The notes beneath the pieces are model-generated. The model had not been told where the DNA came from. It was given only the letters and a program-made list of their open reading frames with translations, and did not search any database. A stretch of 64,000 nucleotides of DNA from a bacterium (GTDB lineage: Bacteria; SAR324; XYD2-FULL-50-16; G965216635): assembly GCA_965216635.1 (NCBI GenBank), contig OZ244188.1, positions 64,001 to 128,000 of the forward strand. Direction: 5' to 3'. Both the position numbers and the translations under genes were made by a program. Position 1 is the stretch's first letter. Every line of letters starts with the position of its first letter. Below, one piece after another: positions 29,170-39,382 of the stretch.

Positions 29170-29425
29170 TTTTCTGTAATTCTAATAAAGAACAGCTAGA
29201 AACAGAAAAAAACTGCCAATAGCCAAAAAATAGCTTGACAAAAAATGATTTTTTTGCAATTCTTCTTTATAAAGAATAAGCAGTAAAAATAAAAAACTGC
29301 CAATAGCCAATAAATAGCTTGACAAAAAATGATTTTTCTGCAATTCTTCTATAAAGAATAAGCAGTAAAAATAAAAAACTGCCAATAGCCAATAGAATAT
29401 TGACAAGAATTTTTTTTTTCTGTTA
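29170..29425 (+). repeat. 81-84-bp tandem unit containing TTGACA upstream of OMP B2
   Basis: TTGACA at 29235, 29319 and 29400. Confidence 0.8.
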
Positions 29426-29464
29426 CTTTTTAATTTAATACTAACATTTTCATTACAAATAATT

Positions 29465-30820
29465 ATGAAAAACACAAATTCCCAAGTTTTAAGGAAAACT
29501 TTCGCGGTTCGTTTTACTTTGGCTCGTTTCGTTTTGGCGGCTATTCTTATTCCCGCTCTTCTTATAGGAAGTGCCTTTACTTTTGGAGGCGGGAATCTGC
29601 AAGCCCAAGCGAATGGTAGCCCAAATGGTCAGAGCAGCAAGCAGGGATTTTTCGTTGGTATTGTCTATCTAAATGGTTTTAAGGTAGATAGCACAAAAAT
29701 CACAAAAGCTATCACAAACACTGCTACAGGCTATAGAGTTAAAGACTATTCAGCAATCACATCGGAGATAAAAGCTGACGCTAGTACCTATTTTTATAGA
29801 ACTCAGATTAATGGTTTTTCCCATCACAATGGAATAGAAGCTCTTTTTGAAAAGAGTTGTGAAGAAATGATCACAGGAGCCGTATCGGCTTCAGCGGATG
29901 GTAGAGCTTACTCTTATGCGTCAAATTCACTGATTTCTTTTGATGCAGGCACAAGTATAGGCGAAGGAACTAGTGTGACTACCGCAGGTGATGGACCTGG
30001 CACGGTATCTAATAAATTCCCTTCGGGATTTGGAAATAATGGAGATGACACTAATTATTGTTACAGTTATTTTTACGATGTTGCTTCCGCAGCTCGTAGA
30101 ATTCCTACTTTTTCTGCTTACTCTACTGACAAAGTGACTGAAGATTCAGCGCCATATTCTCTGGTTACAAACTCCTCGTCCAGCAAAGGCGATAGCATCT
30201 CAGGTATTGGTCTGCAATTCAGCTTTAGGTGGGAAAAATGGAGAGCCTCTCTGACCCATTTTACTGGCAAAGGTGGAGCTAATGAGCTCACCAATACACT
30301 AGTAATGGCGGATTATTTTGTAAACAAGGATTTTTTTGTAGGAGGTGGTCTAGCGAGTATGAAGCTCCAAAATAGTCAGACCAGCGGCTCTGCCACAAGT
30401 CCCGCGATTCAGATCGGCTATAAAAAGAACTTAACCCCTAACCTATTCTTTAATTTTGGCTTGACAAAGTATATCTCTGGAGTTTCTCTAAGCCATACGA
30501 CTTACGCTAAGAATCAGACTGCTCCTACTCCTACTGGCATCACTTTTTTAGATTATGACAAACAGACCAAAGAAGGTGATTCAGCAGTGGTTGGTGCCTA
30601 TATTAGGGGTGCACCATCACAAGTTTTTTTTTCCCGTTACTATGTAGATAATGGAACATTCAAACGTGATACTAGAACAAAAGTAACCCAAGTCCACAGC
30701 AGAACTGTAAATATAGAAGAAATCTTAAAGCCAGTAGAAGCAACAGAAACAACCACCAAAACCGACGCCGAAATCAAAGCACCACTCGTCATCAGCCTCT
30801 CCTTCCACTTGAGTTTTTAA
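29465..30820 (+). CDS. Putative outer-membrane beta-barrel protein with variable loop inserts (subfamily B2)
   Basis: Tandem paralog of 27568-28968; near-identical barrel blocks, diverged inserts. Confidence 0.72.
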   Translation: MKNTNSQVLRKTFAVRFTLARFVLAAILIPALLIGSAFTFGGGNLQAQANGSPNGQSSKQGFFVGIVYLNGFKVDSTKITKAITNTATGYRVKDYSAITSEIKADASTYFYRTQINGFSHHNGIEALFEKSCEEMITGAVSASADGRAYSYASNSLISFDAGTSIGEGTSVTTAGDGPGTVSNKFPSGFGNNGDDTNYCYSYFYDVASAARRIPTFSAYSTDKVTEDSAPYSLVTNSSSSKGDSISGIGLQFSFRWEKWRASLTHFTGKGGANELTNTLVMADYFVNKDFFVGGGLASMKLQNSQTSGSATSPAIQIGYKKNLTPNLFFNFGLTKYISGVSLSHTTYAKNQTAPTPTGITFLDYDKQTKEGDSAVVGAYIRGAPSQVFFSRYYVDNGTFKRDTRTKVTQVHSRTVNIEEILKPVEATETTTKTDAEIKAPLVISLSFHLSF

Positions 30821-31710
30821 AAAAAAAAAACTACAGGAACATTTTTGTAGAGACGCCCTACAGGGCGTCTTATATGATGTGCATAAACCACAAAAAGCTG
30901 TTTTTAATAAACGTTCTAAATTTATGAGACGCCCATATAGGACGTCTTATATGATGTGCATAAACCACAAAAAGCTGTTTTTAATAAACGTTCTAAATTT
31001 ATGAGACGCCCATATAGGACGTCTCTACAGACCTACATAAAATAAAAAATACCTCCCCGCAACGCATTTGTTTTTTCTCTTTATATCTTTTAAATTGTAG
31101 GGGATGTTTTTAAGAAAATTGTAGGGGATGTTTTTAAGAAAAAAAACTGCAGGAACATTTTTGTAGAGACGCCCTACAGGGCGTCTTATATGATGTGCAT
31201 AAACCACAAAAAGCTGTTTTTAATAAACGTTCTAAATTTATGAGACGCCCATATAGGACGTCTTATATGATGTGCATAAACCACAAAAAGCTGTTTTTAA
31301 TAAACGTTCTAAATTTATGAGACGCCCATATAGGGCGTCTCTACAGACCTACATAAAATAAAAAATACCTCCCTGAAACGCATTTGTTTTTTCTCTTTAT
31401 ATCTTTTAAATTGTAGGGGATGTTTTTAAGAAAATTGTAGGGGATGTTTTTAAGAAAAAAAAACTGCAGGGAACATTTTTATAATAGCATAACATGTAGA
31501 GACGCCCTACAGGGCGTCTTATATGATGTGCATAAACCACAAAAAGCTGTTTTTAATAAACGTTCTAAATTTATGAGACGCCCATATAGGACGTCTCTAC
31601 AGACCTACATAAAATAAAAAATACCTCCCCGCAACGCATTTGGTTTTTCTCTTTATATCTTTTAAATTGTAGGGGATGTTTTTAACAAAAAAAAACTACA
31701 GGTAACATTA
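30812..31710. repeat. Tandem array of three units carrying GTAG-REP hairpins
   Basis: REP starts at 30847, 31163 and 31496 (316 and 333 bp apart); inner 76-77-bp subunit present 2, 2 and 1 times; spacers identical. Confidence 0.9.
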
Positions 31711-31793
31711 ATACGTTTGCTCTACTACTTGTAATGTTTGCTTTAGAAGTTTTTCCTTCAAGAATAAGTTCAACACCCACCTCTAAAAACAGG

Positions 31794-32174
31794 TTAAACC
31801 CTAACCTTTTCTACAATAAAAGGATTATCTAAAGTTTGTCTGCTAAAATAATCTAGCATACTCAAAGGGTCAGCTCCTATTCCTTTTCTCTCTCTTTCTT
31901 CTTTAATAATAGGTCTATTGGGGTCTGGTATTCTAGCTAGAAAAAAAGGAAATAAATATTTACTCTCATAGATTTTATTTTTATCCATAAAATTATCTAT
32001 CGCTCCTATATCATCTTGTTTTTTAAAATCTTCTGAATATTCAAATTTATATTTCTTACCATCATAAGAAAGTGTTCCTATTTCTAAGTTTTGATAAGAA
32101 ACAATAAATTGTTGTGCATCGGAGCTACAATTTAAAGATTTATTAGATTTTAACCAATCTGGTAAAAGTCCCAT
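31794..32174 (-). CDS. HipA N-terminal (couple_hipA) domain protein
   Basis: IGTLSYDGKKYKFEYS, YESKYLFPFFLARIP. Confidence 0.75.
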   Translation of the reverse strand: MGLLPDWLKSNKSLNCSSDAQQFIVSYQNLEIGTLSYDGKKYKFEYSEDFKKQDDIGAIDNFMDKNKIYESKYLFPFFLARIPDPNRPIIKEERERKGIGADPLSMLDYFSRQTLDNPFIVEKVRV

Positions 32175-32251
32175 TTTTATTTTTATTTTTGAATAAGATT
32201 ATAAATTTTATAAAACCTTTGCTTTATTAGTAAATATTAATAGTAAAAATT

Positions 32252-34141
32252 TCATAATTTTTCAAACCATTTTTTGATAGCAGTTTGTAGGGAAATGGCG
32301 TCTAGTCCAGCCCATTTTCTTTGCTCGTCTGCAGTGCCTCCTTTTTCAAAAAATTTATCGGGTACTCCAAAAACTTTTATAGGCTTATTCAAGGTTTTTT
32401 CTTGTATCAAAGCCTGTACTCCACTACCAAAACCTCCATAAGCAACATTTTCTTCTAAGGTAATTACTGCCTTAGTTTTTTTGATTTGAGAGACAATAGT
32501 TTTTTCATCTAAAGGCTTTACAAATCTAGCATTAATTAGCCCACAAGAAATACCTTCTTTTTTTAAATTTTGGCAAACTATTTCTGCTATAGCCACCATT
32601 ATTCCCACTGCTAAAATGCAAATATCGTTTCCTTGGCAAAGAATTTCCGCTTCGCCAAACGGAATTTCTGCCACCTCGTCGTTTTCATTATAAAAAACCT
32701 CGCTGCTTCCTCTAGGATAACGTAAAGCTATCGGAGAACTATTATGTTTGTAAAGAATATTGATCATAGAAACTAATTCTTTACCGTCTTTGGGTGTCAT
32801 TATTACCATATTGGGAATCATTCTCAAATAGCTCAAATCAAAAATTCCGTGATGAGTAGCCCCATCCGCTCCCACAAAACCTGCTCTATCTAATACAAAA
32901 CGAACAGGTAAATTTTGTAAAGAAATATCGTGTATTAGACTATCCAAAGCTCTTTGTAAAAAAGTAGAATAAATGCATACAAAAGGCTTTAAGCCTTGTG
33001 TTGAGGCTCCTCCCGAAAAAGTGACTGCGTGGGCTTCAGCTATACCTACATCAAAAACTCTTTCAGGGAATTCTTGGAATAATTTTGCTAGGCCCGTGCT
33101 AGCAATCATAGCAGCACTAATAGCAATAACTTTTTTGTCTTTTTTAAAAATTTTTGTGAAGTGCTCGCTCCATAAAGAGCTATAACCTTTCCCTGATTTT
33201 TTAGCGTTTTTAAATTGCCCTGTTTCTTTTTCAAAGGGCGTCACCCCGTGATATTTCAAACTATCCCCTTCGGCGTAAGACAAGCCTTTTCCTTTTGTTG
33301 TATAAAGATGTAATAAAACAGGCTGTTGAATATTTTTTATTTTGTCTAAAAAACTTAAAATTTCCTTTAGATTATGTCCATCCAAAGGACCAAAATATTC
33401 AAACCCTAGTTTTTCAAACCATAAACTAGGAGATAAAAACTCCATAAAGGAGGAATTAATTCTTTTCAGAGCAAAAACAAATTTCTTCAAAAAATTTGTT
33501 TTTTCCTGTTCTTTGATTTTTTTTTTAATTTGATTATAGGCTTTAGAACTTTGAATTAAATTAAAGGTTTTACTCAGAGCCCCGACATTTGGATCTATAC
33601 TCATATCATTATCATTAAAAATAACAACAAGGTTTTTTTTAATATGCCCCGCGTGATTCATTGCCTCAAAAGCTAGTCCTCCTGTAAATCCTCCATCCCC
33701 TATAATAGCCACAGTTTTAGCGTTCTTTTTGTGCAACTCTTGAGCAACACACATACCTAGTGCTGCTGAAATAGAAGTAGAAGCGTGTCCAGCACCAAAG
33801 TGGTCATAAGGCGATTCCTTTCTTTTTAAAAATTTACTCACTCCATCTCTAGTACCTATAGTATCAAATGTTTCATTGCGTCCCGTAAGTAATTTATAGC
33901 TATAGGCTTGGTGTCCCACATCCCAAACAATAATATCTTTTTCTAAATCCAGTTTTTTCAGCAAAGCCACAGTAATCTCCACTGTACCCAAAGAAGAGGC
34001 GAGATGTCCTCCCGATTGACTGGTTACCTCAATGATTCTCTGACGGCACTCCTTGACTAATTGTAATAGTTTTTTAGTAGATAAAGCCCTCACATCACTT
34101 GGCTCTTTGATTTTGCTTAAAATTGGATAGTTTGCATTCAT
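32252..34141 (-). CDS. dxs: 1-deoxy-D-xylulose-5-phosphate synthase
   Basis: GGHLASSLG, WDVGHQAY, IGDG...EAMNH, YSTFLQRA, DRAGFVGADGATH. Confidence 0.97.
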   Translation of the reverse strand: MNANYPILSKIKEPSDVRALSTKKLLQLVKECRQRIIEVTSQSGGHLASSLGTVEITVALLKKLDLEKDIIVWDVGHQAYSYKLLTGRNETFDTIGTRDGVSKFLKRKESPYDHFGAGHASTSISAALGMCVAQELHKKNAKTVAIIGDGGFTGGLAFEAMNHAGHIKKNLVVIFNDNDMSIDPNVGALSKTFNLIQSSKAYNQIKKKIKEQEKTNFLKKFVFALKRINSSFMEFLSPSLWFEKLGFEYFGPLDGHNLKEILSFLDKIKNIQQPVLLHLYTTKGKGLSYAEGDSLKYHGVTPFEKETGQFKNAKKSGKGYSSLWSEHFTKIFKKDKKVIAISAAMIASTGLAKLFQEFPERVFDVGIAEAHAVTFSGGASTQGLKPFVCIYSTFLQRALDSLIHDISLQNLPVRFVLDRAGFVGADGATHHGIFDLSYLRMIPNMVIMTPKDGKELVSMINILYKHNSSPIALRYPRGSSEVFYNENDEVAEIPFGEAEILCQGNDICILAVGIMVAIAEIVCQNLKKEGISCGLINARFVKPLDEKTIVSQIKKTKAVITLEENVAYGGFGSGVQALIQEKTLNKPIKVFGVPDKFFEKGGTADEQRKWAGLDAISLQTAIKKWFEKL

Positions 34142-34174
34142 TTTTCTATTTTAAGAGGGTTGTATTGGCTTAGC

Positions 34175-34358
34175 TAGTTTAGCCTTGTCTATGTTCGTTG
34201 AAATTTTTTTTTAATGGCGTAGTAAAAAACACTACAAACCTTGCATTTTATACAAATGAAATGAAAAAGTGCCAAAAGGCACTTTTTCTATAGCCCATAA
34301 ATAGTTTCAAGCAATAAGCTTGCTTTGGCTAAACTAGACAAGCAAATTCAAAAGTCTA
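34175..34358. mobile_element. Palindromic MITE-like repeat with nested module, partial
   Basis: 34200-34358 nearly identical to 36240-36398; right TIR GCAAATTCAAAAGTCTA. Confidence 0.75.
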
Positions 34359-34411
34359 TACTATTTGTAAAAAAACGATCCGCCGTCACATAACACCAAC
34401 AGCAAAAAGTC

Positions 34412-35053
34412 TTATTTTTTTTCAGCCATTTTTTCTAGCAACATTTTTGCTAATTGACCAGCAACACCTCCACCTTTTTCTATAATTTTCTCTAAAAGAG
34501 ATTTTGGAAGTTTAGCCTGTGTTTTAAATAATCCCAAAAGGGCGTGATATTTTATATTAAGATCTTTATGTTCTAGTAAATTATAAAGCAAAGAATGGCA
34601 TTTCTTACTACCAAATTTTTGAAAATAAGGGAGCGAATCCAAAACGAGACAGTAATAAAAAGACTTAAATTTGGCGACATTTTCGTTTTTTGCTTGGTGT
34701 TTATTCAGTTCAGATTCTGTTTTTGTTATTTTTTTTAGCAGAGCATTTTCAAAAGAATGCTCTTTTTCTTTCAAAAAATTTTCAAAAAAAACAGGCAGTA
34801 ATATAATATTTTGCTCCTTTAAAAAAATTTCTTCTATTTTTTGAAACTTGTTTTTGAAAGCAATTCTAAATACAGCCCCTATAGCGTAAGATTTGGTGAC
34901 GAGATTATCGTCTTCTAAATGAGGTTGTAAAATTTCTATAACTATTTCCCCTTCTTTTTCTAAACTCAACAATCTAGATTTTGCTTCACTTCTTTTGTCT
35001 TTTTCTTTATGGAATAGTTGGGTTATTAGATCTTCTATTTCAATTCTTAGCAT
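34412..35053 (-). CDS. Hypothetical protein, HEAT/ARM-like helical repeats
   Basis: LEDDNLVTKSYAIGAV and LEHKDLNIKYHALLGL HEAT-like motifs. Confidence 0.5.
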   Translation of the reverse strand: MLRIEIEDLITQLFHKEKDKRSEAKSRLLSLEKEGEIVIEILQPHLEDDNLVTKSYAIGAVFRIAFKNKFQKIEEIFLKEQNIILLPVFFENFLKEKEHSFENALLKKITKTESELNKHQAKNENVAKFKSFYYCLVLDSLPYFQKFGSKKCHSLLYNLLEHKDLNIKYHALLGLFKTQAKLPKSLLEKIIEKGGGVAGQLAKMLLEKMAEKK

Positions 35054-35200
35054 AAATTAAATTTTATTTTTAAGAGAGAGCTTGATTAACTCATCCAGTT
35101 TAGTCTCCGTATTATTGAACATCGGCACTGAATATTTGCGGTTAGAATTTGCAAAAATTACTCCCGTACTAGAGATTTGTTAAATTAATCCAAAAAAGCT

Positions 35201-36025
35201 CTAAGGGAATTTCGGAAACTTTTTAAAATCGGGTTTTCTCTTTTCCAAATAAGCCTTCTTTCCTTCTTGAGATTCTTCGGTACAGTAGTAAAGCATTGTC
35301 GCATTTCCCGCTAATTCTTGGATACCAGCCTGTCCGTCTAGTTCTGCGTTCAGTCCTGCTTTAATCATTCGCAAAGCAATAGGACTGTGTTGCATCATTT
35401 CTTTGCACCACTTCACAACTTCTGCTTCCAAATCTTCTGCAGGCACAACTGCGTTAACCAACCCCATTTTTAAAGCTTCTGCTGCTGAATATTGGCGGCA
35501 GCAAAACCAGATTTCTCTAGCTTTTTTCTGTCCCACAATTCTTGCTAAATAAGAACTACCAAAACCTGCATCAAAGCTACCGACTTTGGGACCTGTTTGT
35601 CCAAAGATAGCATTTTCTGACGCAATACTCAAATCACAAACGAGGTGCAATACATGTCCGCCTCCGATAGCATAACCGTTCACCATAGCAACAACTGGTT
35701 TGGGAATGGATCTAATCATTTTTTGTAGCTCTAGTACATTCAAACGGGCTACTCCTTTTTCGTCTAGGTAGCCTCCAATAGACTTGTAATTTTGATCTCC
35801 TCCACTGCAAAAAGCTTTATCTCCGTAACCTGTAAAAACAACGCAGTAAATTTCTGGGTTTTCACGAACCAACCGCATAGCCTCTATCATATCATTAACT
35901 GTTCGCGGACGGAAAGCATTTCTGTATCTTGCGCGGTTGATAGTGATTTTTGCAATGCCTTGATAAAAATCAAAAAAAACATCTTCAAAATCCGCTAGTT
36001 TTTGCCAGTTTAGTTTAGTTCCCAT
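35201..36025 (-). CDS. menB: 1,4-dihydroxy-2-naphthoyl-CoA synthase
   Basis: [37 protein letters not shown]. Confidence 0.97.
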   Translation of the reverse strand: MGTKLNWQKLADFEDVFFDFYQGIAKITINRARYRNAFRPRTVNDMIEAMRLVRENPEIYCVVFTGYGDKAFCSGGDQNYKSIGGYLDEKGVARLNVLELQKMIRSIPKPVVAMVNGYAIGGGHVLHLVCDLSIASENAIFGQTGPKVGSFDAGFGSSYLARIVGQKKAREIWFCCRQYSAAEALKMGLVNAVVPAEDLEAEVVKWCKEMMQHSPIALRMIKAGLNAELDGQAGIQELAGNATMLYYCTEESQEGKKAYLEKRKPDFKKFPKFP

Positions 36026-36139
36026 AAATTTAAGTTGTTGTGTTGTTATTTTATTTGCATTTTAGATAAAAAAATACTATCTTTAATAAAACTACTAGAA
36101 ATTGTATGAAAATTACAATTATAGTTTTAATTTATTCTA

Positions 36140-36398
36140 TAGACCTTTAAGTTTCGCTGATGTGACGGTTATCCAAATGGTTAGAACAGGTGCAAAAAAA
36201 ATTTTTAGCTCGCAGGAATACTCAAGTATTTCAAGAGTTAAAATTTTTTTTTAATGGCGTAGTAAAAAACACTACAAACCTTGCATTTTATACAAATGGA
36301 ATGAAAAAGTGCCAAAAGGCACTTTTTCTATAGCCCATAAAAAGCGTCAAGCAATAAGCTTGTTTTGTCTAAACTAGACAAGCAAATTCAAAAGTCTA
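36140..36398. mobile_element. Palindromic MITE-like repeat with nested module
   Basis: Both TIRs, central GGAATACTCAAGTATTTC hairpin, module ending AGCAATAAG (reverse orientation). Confidence 0.8.
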
Positions 36399-36453
36399 TT
36401 CTAATAACTTATTTTTTCTTATACATAGTTCAGTCCGTATTGCAGATAAATAT

Positions 36454-37917
36454 TTACTTCAAAGGTTTCAAAGTTTTATCTTTAAGAAGGAAAATACTAT
36501 CGGCAACTGATTTCAATAATTCTTGGTCGTGGCTGACAATCAAATAGGCGGCATTGCTTTTTTTTTGGTATTCTAAGAGATATTGAAAAATTTTATTTTG
36601 ATTTTTATTGTCTAGTGAAGAAGTAGGTTCGTCTAAAAGTAAAATTTGAGGTTGGTAAAGAAAAACTCTGGCTATTGCTAATCTTTGTTGTTGTCCGCCT
36701 GAAAGTTGGTAGGAATATTTTTGCAGAATGTTGTGGTTAAGTTGAAATTTATCCATCAAAGATAATATTTTCTCTTCCTTTTCTTTTGCTGTAAATGGAG
36801 TATGTAGGTTTAAACCTTCTAAAAGAATTTGCCTTACAGATATTCTAGGAGATAAAGATTGAGCAGGGTCTTGGAAAACAGAGGCTATAGACTTACGAAA
36901 TTCTCGCCATTCTTTTTTCTTAAAATTCTTTAAATACTGTCCTTTCCAATAAATTTCACCTTGATAAGAGGTTAGGTTTAACAAACTTTTGAGTAGGGTC
37001 GTTTTACCGCTCCCAGATAGCCCCATAATACCTACTGTTTTACCTGCAAAAAGTTCAAAACTAAAATTTTGTAGTATTTTTTCTTGGGGACTCCAAAAAA
37101 AACGGGCTTTTTTTTTGAAAGAGACAGATAGGTTTTTTACTGATAATAAAAGCTCTGCTTTATGGTTTTTTTTTATGGAATTTTTTAAACAATTCAAGGT
37201 TTTTTCTTTTTGGTGTAGGTTGTGTTGTTTAAGGATCTTGTTTTCTATAAGATAAGCCTTGTCCAAAAAGGAATAAAGCATTTTAAGCTTGTGAGAAATG
37301 AATAAAATACTCAAATAATTTTTGTAGCTTTTGAGTATTTTTAGTATTTGCCCTAGTGTTTCATAGTCCAAGGAAGTTGTAGGCTCGTCGGCAATTAAAA
37401 GTTGGGGGGAATTGATAAGTGCAATGCCTAGCATTACACGTTGTCTTTGTCCTCCCGATAATTGGAATGGATAGCGAGAATAGATTTCTTCTGGCAACTC
37501 TAGTTTTTTTAAAAACTGTTTTACTCGGCTCTTTTTTTCTTTGACAGAAAAAGGAAAAAAATAGGCTTCTAGAATTTGAATGCCTATTTTTTTTTGTGGA
37601 TGTAAACTTCCGAAAGTATCTTGAAAAATGATTTTTATCTCTTTTTTTCTTATTTGATTTTTTTGTTTTTCGCTCATTCGCAAAATATCTTTGCCTTTCC
37701 ATAAAATACTGCCTTGTTCTATAAGAAAATCTTTCTTGTTATGAAGTTGTAACAGGCTCAAAGCAAGGGTACTTTTTCCTGATCCAGATTCTCCAATCAG
37801 CGCCATAGATTCTCCTTTATTTAAACAAAAAGAAATATTATTGAGTAGAGGAGCAGTTTGTGCTTTTTGCTTAACAGAGAGAGTGAGGTTTTTTACTTCT
37901 AGTAATGGAAGGCTCAT
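36454..37917 (-). CDS. Peptide ABC transporter ATP-binding protein, two ATPase domains (YejF-like)
   Basis: GESGSGKS and GLSGSGKT Walker A, two LSGGQ signatures, DEPT. Confidence 0.88.
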   Translation of the reverse strand: MSLPLLEVKNLTLSVKQKAQTAPLLNNISFCLNKGESMALIGESGSGKSTLALSLLQLHNKKDFLIEQGSILWKGKDILRMSEKQKNQIRKKEIKIIFQDTFGSLHPQKKIGIQILEAYFFPFSVKEKKSRVKQFLKKLELPEEIYSRYPFQLSGGQRQRVMLGIALINSPQLLIADEPTTSLDYETLGQILKILKSYKNYLSILFISHKLKMLYSFLDKAYLIENKILKQHNLHQKEKTLNCLKNSIKKNHKAELLLSVKNLSVSFKKKARFFWSPQEKILQNFSFELFAGKTVGIMGLSGSGKTTLLKSLLNLTSYQGEIYWKGQYLKNFKKKEWREFRKSIASVFQDPAQSLSPRISVRQILLEGLNLHTPFTAKEKEEKILSLMDKFQLNHNILQKYSYQLSGGQQQRLAIARVFLYQPQILLLDEPTSSLDNKNQNKIFQYLLEYQKKSNAAYLIVSHDQELLKSVADSIFLLKDKTLKPLK

Positions 37918-37938
37918 TATTTTTTCTTTTGGGAGTTT

Positions 37939-38853
37939 TTAGATTAGATGGTCTGGAAGTAAAGCAGCTCCTTTAGCTGCTCCGTCTTTTAATTGACTTC
38001 GCACAAATTCTGTTTTTAAGGATCCTTTGTAGTATTTCTGGATTTTTTTCATAGTTTGAGGATATAAAATATCTAGATTAGCTTGACTGCCTGAAAAAGA
38101 AATTACTTGTGGGTCATAAAGATTTATAATAGTTAGTATAGCTAAATAAAAATAGTGAATATATTCCTTAATAAATTTCATTGCTAGCTTGTCTTTTTTA
38201 AGGCTTATCTCGTAAATTTGCTGAATAGGAGAAAAGTTTTTTAAATCGCAAAAATTTCCATCTATACTGGGAGATTGAACGCTGGATGATTGAATGGAGT
38301 TGTAGTTTTTTTTGACTGCTCTGGCAGAAAGGTATTGCTCTAAACAACCTCTTCTACCGCAATAACAATTTTTTCCTTCCAAGGCAATACTCCAATGAGC
38401 AAAATCAGCCATCGTAGTGATTTTGTTATCTAAAATCAAGGCAGCACCAAAACTTTTTCCTAAAACAACACCTACTATAGATTTTTTATTTGTAAATTCT
38501 AAAATAGCTGTTGCTAAAGCAAAACAATGGGAATGCCCAGCTATATTTATTTTTGTATTTGTTTTTTTTTCAAGGTCTAGCTTTAAGTTTTTTTGTTTTA
38601 AACAAGAAATTACAGAAAATGCAACAGTACCATTTTTTTCTAAATAACTTCCTTCTATTGCTATTCCTATTTTATCTAAAACAGAAGTATGGTTTTTTGC
38701 TTCTTGAATAAAATCTAAAATCGTTTGTAATAGGAAAGAATAAGATGGTTTTTCTTTCCAATGGAGTTGTTTGCACCAAGTGGGTTTTAGCGATTTTTGA
38801 TGCAAAAAAACTGCATTTAATTTATTTTCTTTTAAATCTATTCCTAAATTCAT
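37939..38853 (-). CDS. ROK family protein, degenerate
   Basis: CYCGRRGCLE zinc motif; N-terminal LGID strand; GAALL C-terminus. Confidence 0.75.
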   Translation of the reverse strand: MNLGIDLKENKLNAVFLHQKSLKPTWCKQLHWKEKPSYSFLLQTILDFIQEAKNHTSVLDKIGIAIEGSYLEKNGTVAFSVISCLKQKNLKLDLEKKTNTKINIAGHSHCFALATAILEFTNKKSIVGVVLGKSFGAALILDNKITTMADFAHWSIALEGKNCYCGRRGCLEQYLSARAVKKNYNSIQSSSVQSPSIDGNFCDLKNFSPIQQIYEISLKKDKLAMKFIKEYIHYFYLAILTIINLYDPQVISFSGSQANLDILYPQTMKKIQKYYKGSLKTEFVRSQLKDGAAKGAALLPDHLI

Positions 38854-38940
38854 AACTGTTGCAAAATTGTTAATTTTCGTGTATCATCTGGTTAATGCTA
38901 ATTAAAAAAAAATTTAAAAGCTATAGCAACCGTTGATTTT

Positions 38941-39249
38941 TTGAGAGTGAAAGAGCATATTGAAATTTTACTAGAAGAACTTAGCGAAGCAAAATGTCAG
39001 CTTTTTGATGTTAGAGAAATCAAAGAATGGCAATCTAGTCAGCTAAAACAGGCTATTTTACAGCCGTTAAGTTTTTTAAAAAAGGGGCTGCTTTATCAAG
39101 AAGCCAATAAAGGAAAAAAAACCTATTTGCATTGTAGCTCAGGAAAAAGAGTCTTTCCAGCATCGGCTTTGTTGCAGGCTCTAGGTTTTAAAGAAATCAT
39201 CCCTTTATCGGAAGGAATAGTGGAATTAAAGGCAATGGGCTTGAAATAA
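38941..39249 (+). CDS. Rhodanese-like domain protein
   Basis: DVREIKEW, HCSSGKR. Confidence 0.8.
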   Translation: MRVKEHIEILLEELSEAKCQLFDVREIKEWQSSQLKQAILQPLSFLKKGLLYQEANKGKKTYLHCSSGKRVFPASALLQALGFKEIIPLSEGIVELKAMGLK

Positions 39250-39382
39250 AAAGCTTTGAATTAGGCATAAAATTTGTTTGTGTTACGTATATATATTATT
39301 TCTTTTTGAATCAGGCATTATACTTTGTCTAATTCAAATATCTTTGGTTTAAATATCTTTGGTTTAAATATCTCTGGTTTAA

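Noticed and set aside
29182..29475. 97-aa repetitive membrane-like ORF on the minus strand
   Set aside because: Translation of the TTGACA tandem units; the hydrophobicity reflects T-richness and no equivalent ORF is listed upstream of B1
31025..31207. 60-aa ORF
   Set aside because: Lies wholly inside the REP tandem array
30847..31600. CRISPR array (regularly spaced palindromic repeats)
   Set aside because: Spacers are identical copies, the repeats are GTAG-REP-like, and no cas genes are in the window
27335..31710. Integron cassette array
   Set aside because: No intI gene; downstream hairpins lack attC RYYYAAC/GTTRRRY ends; the genes carry their own long upstream regions
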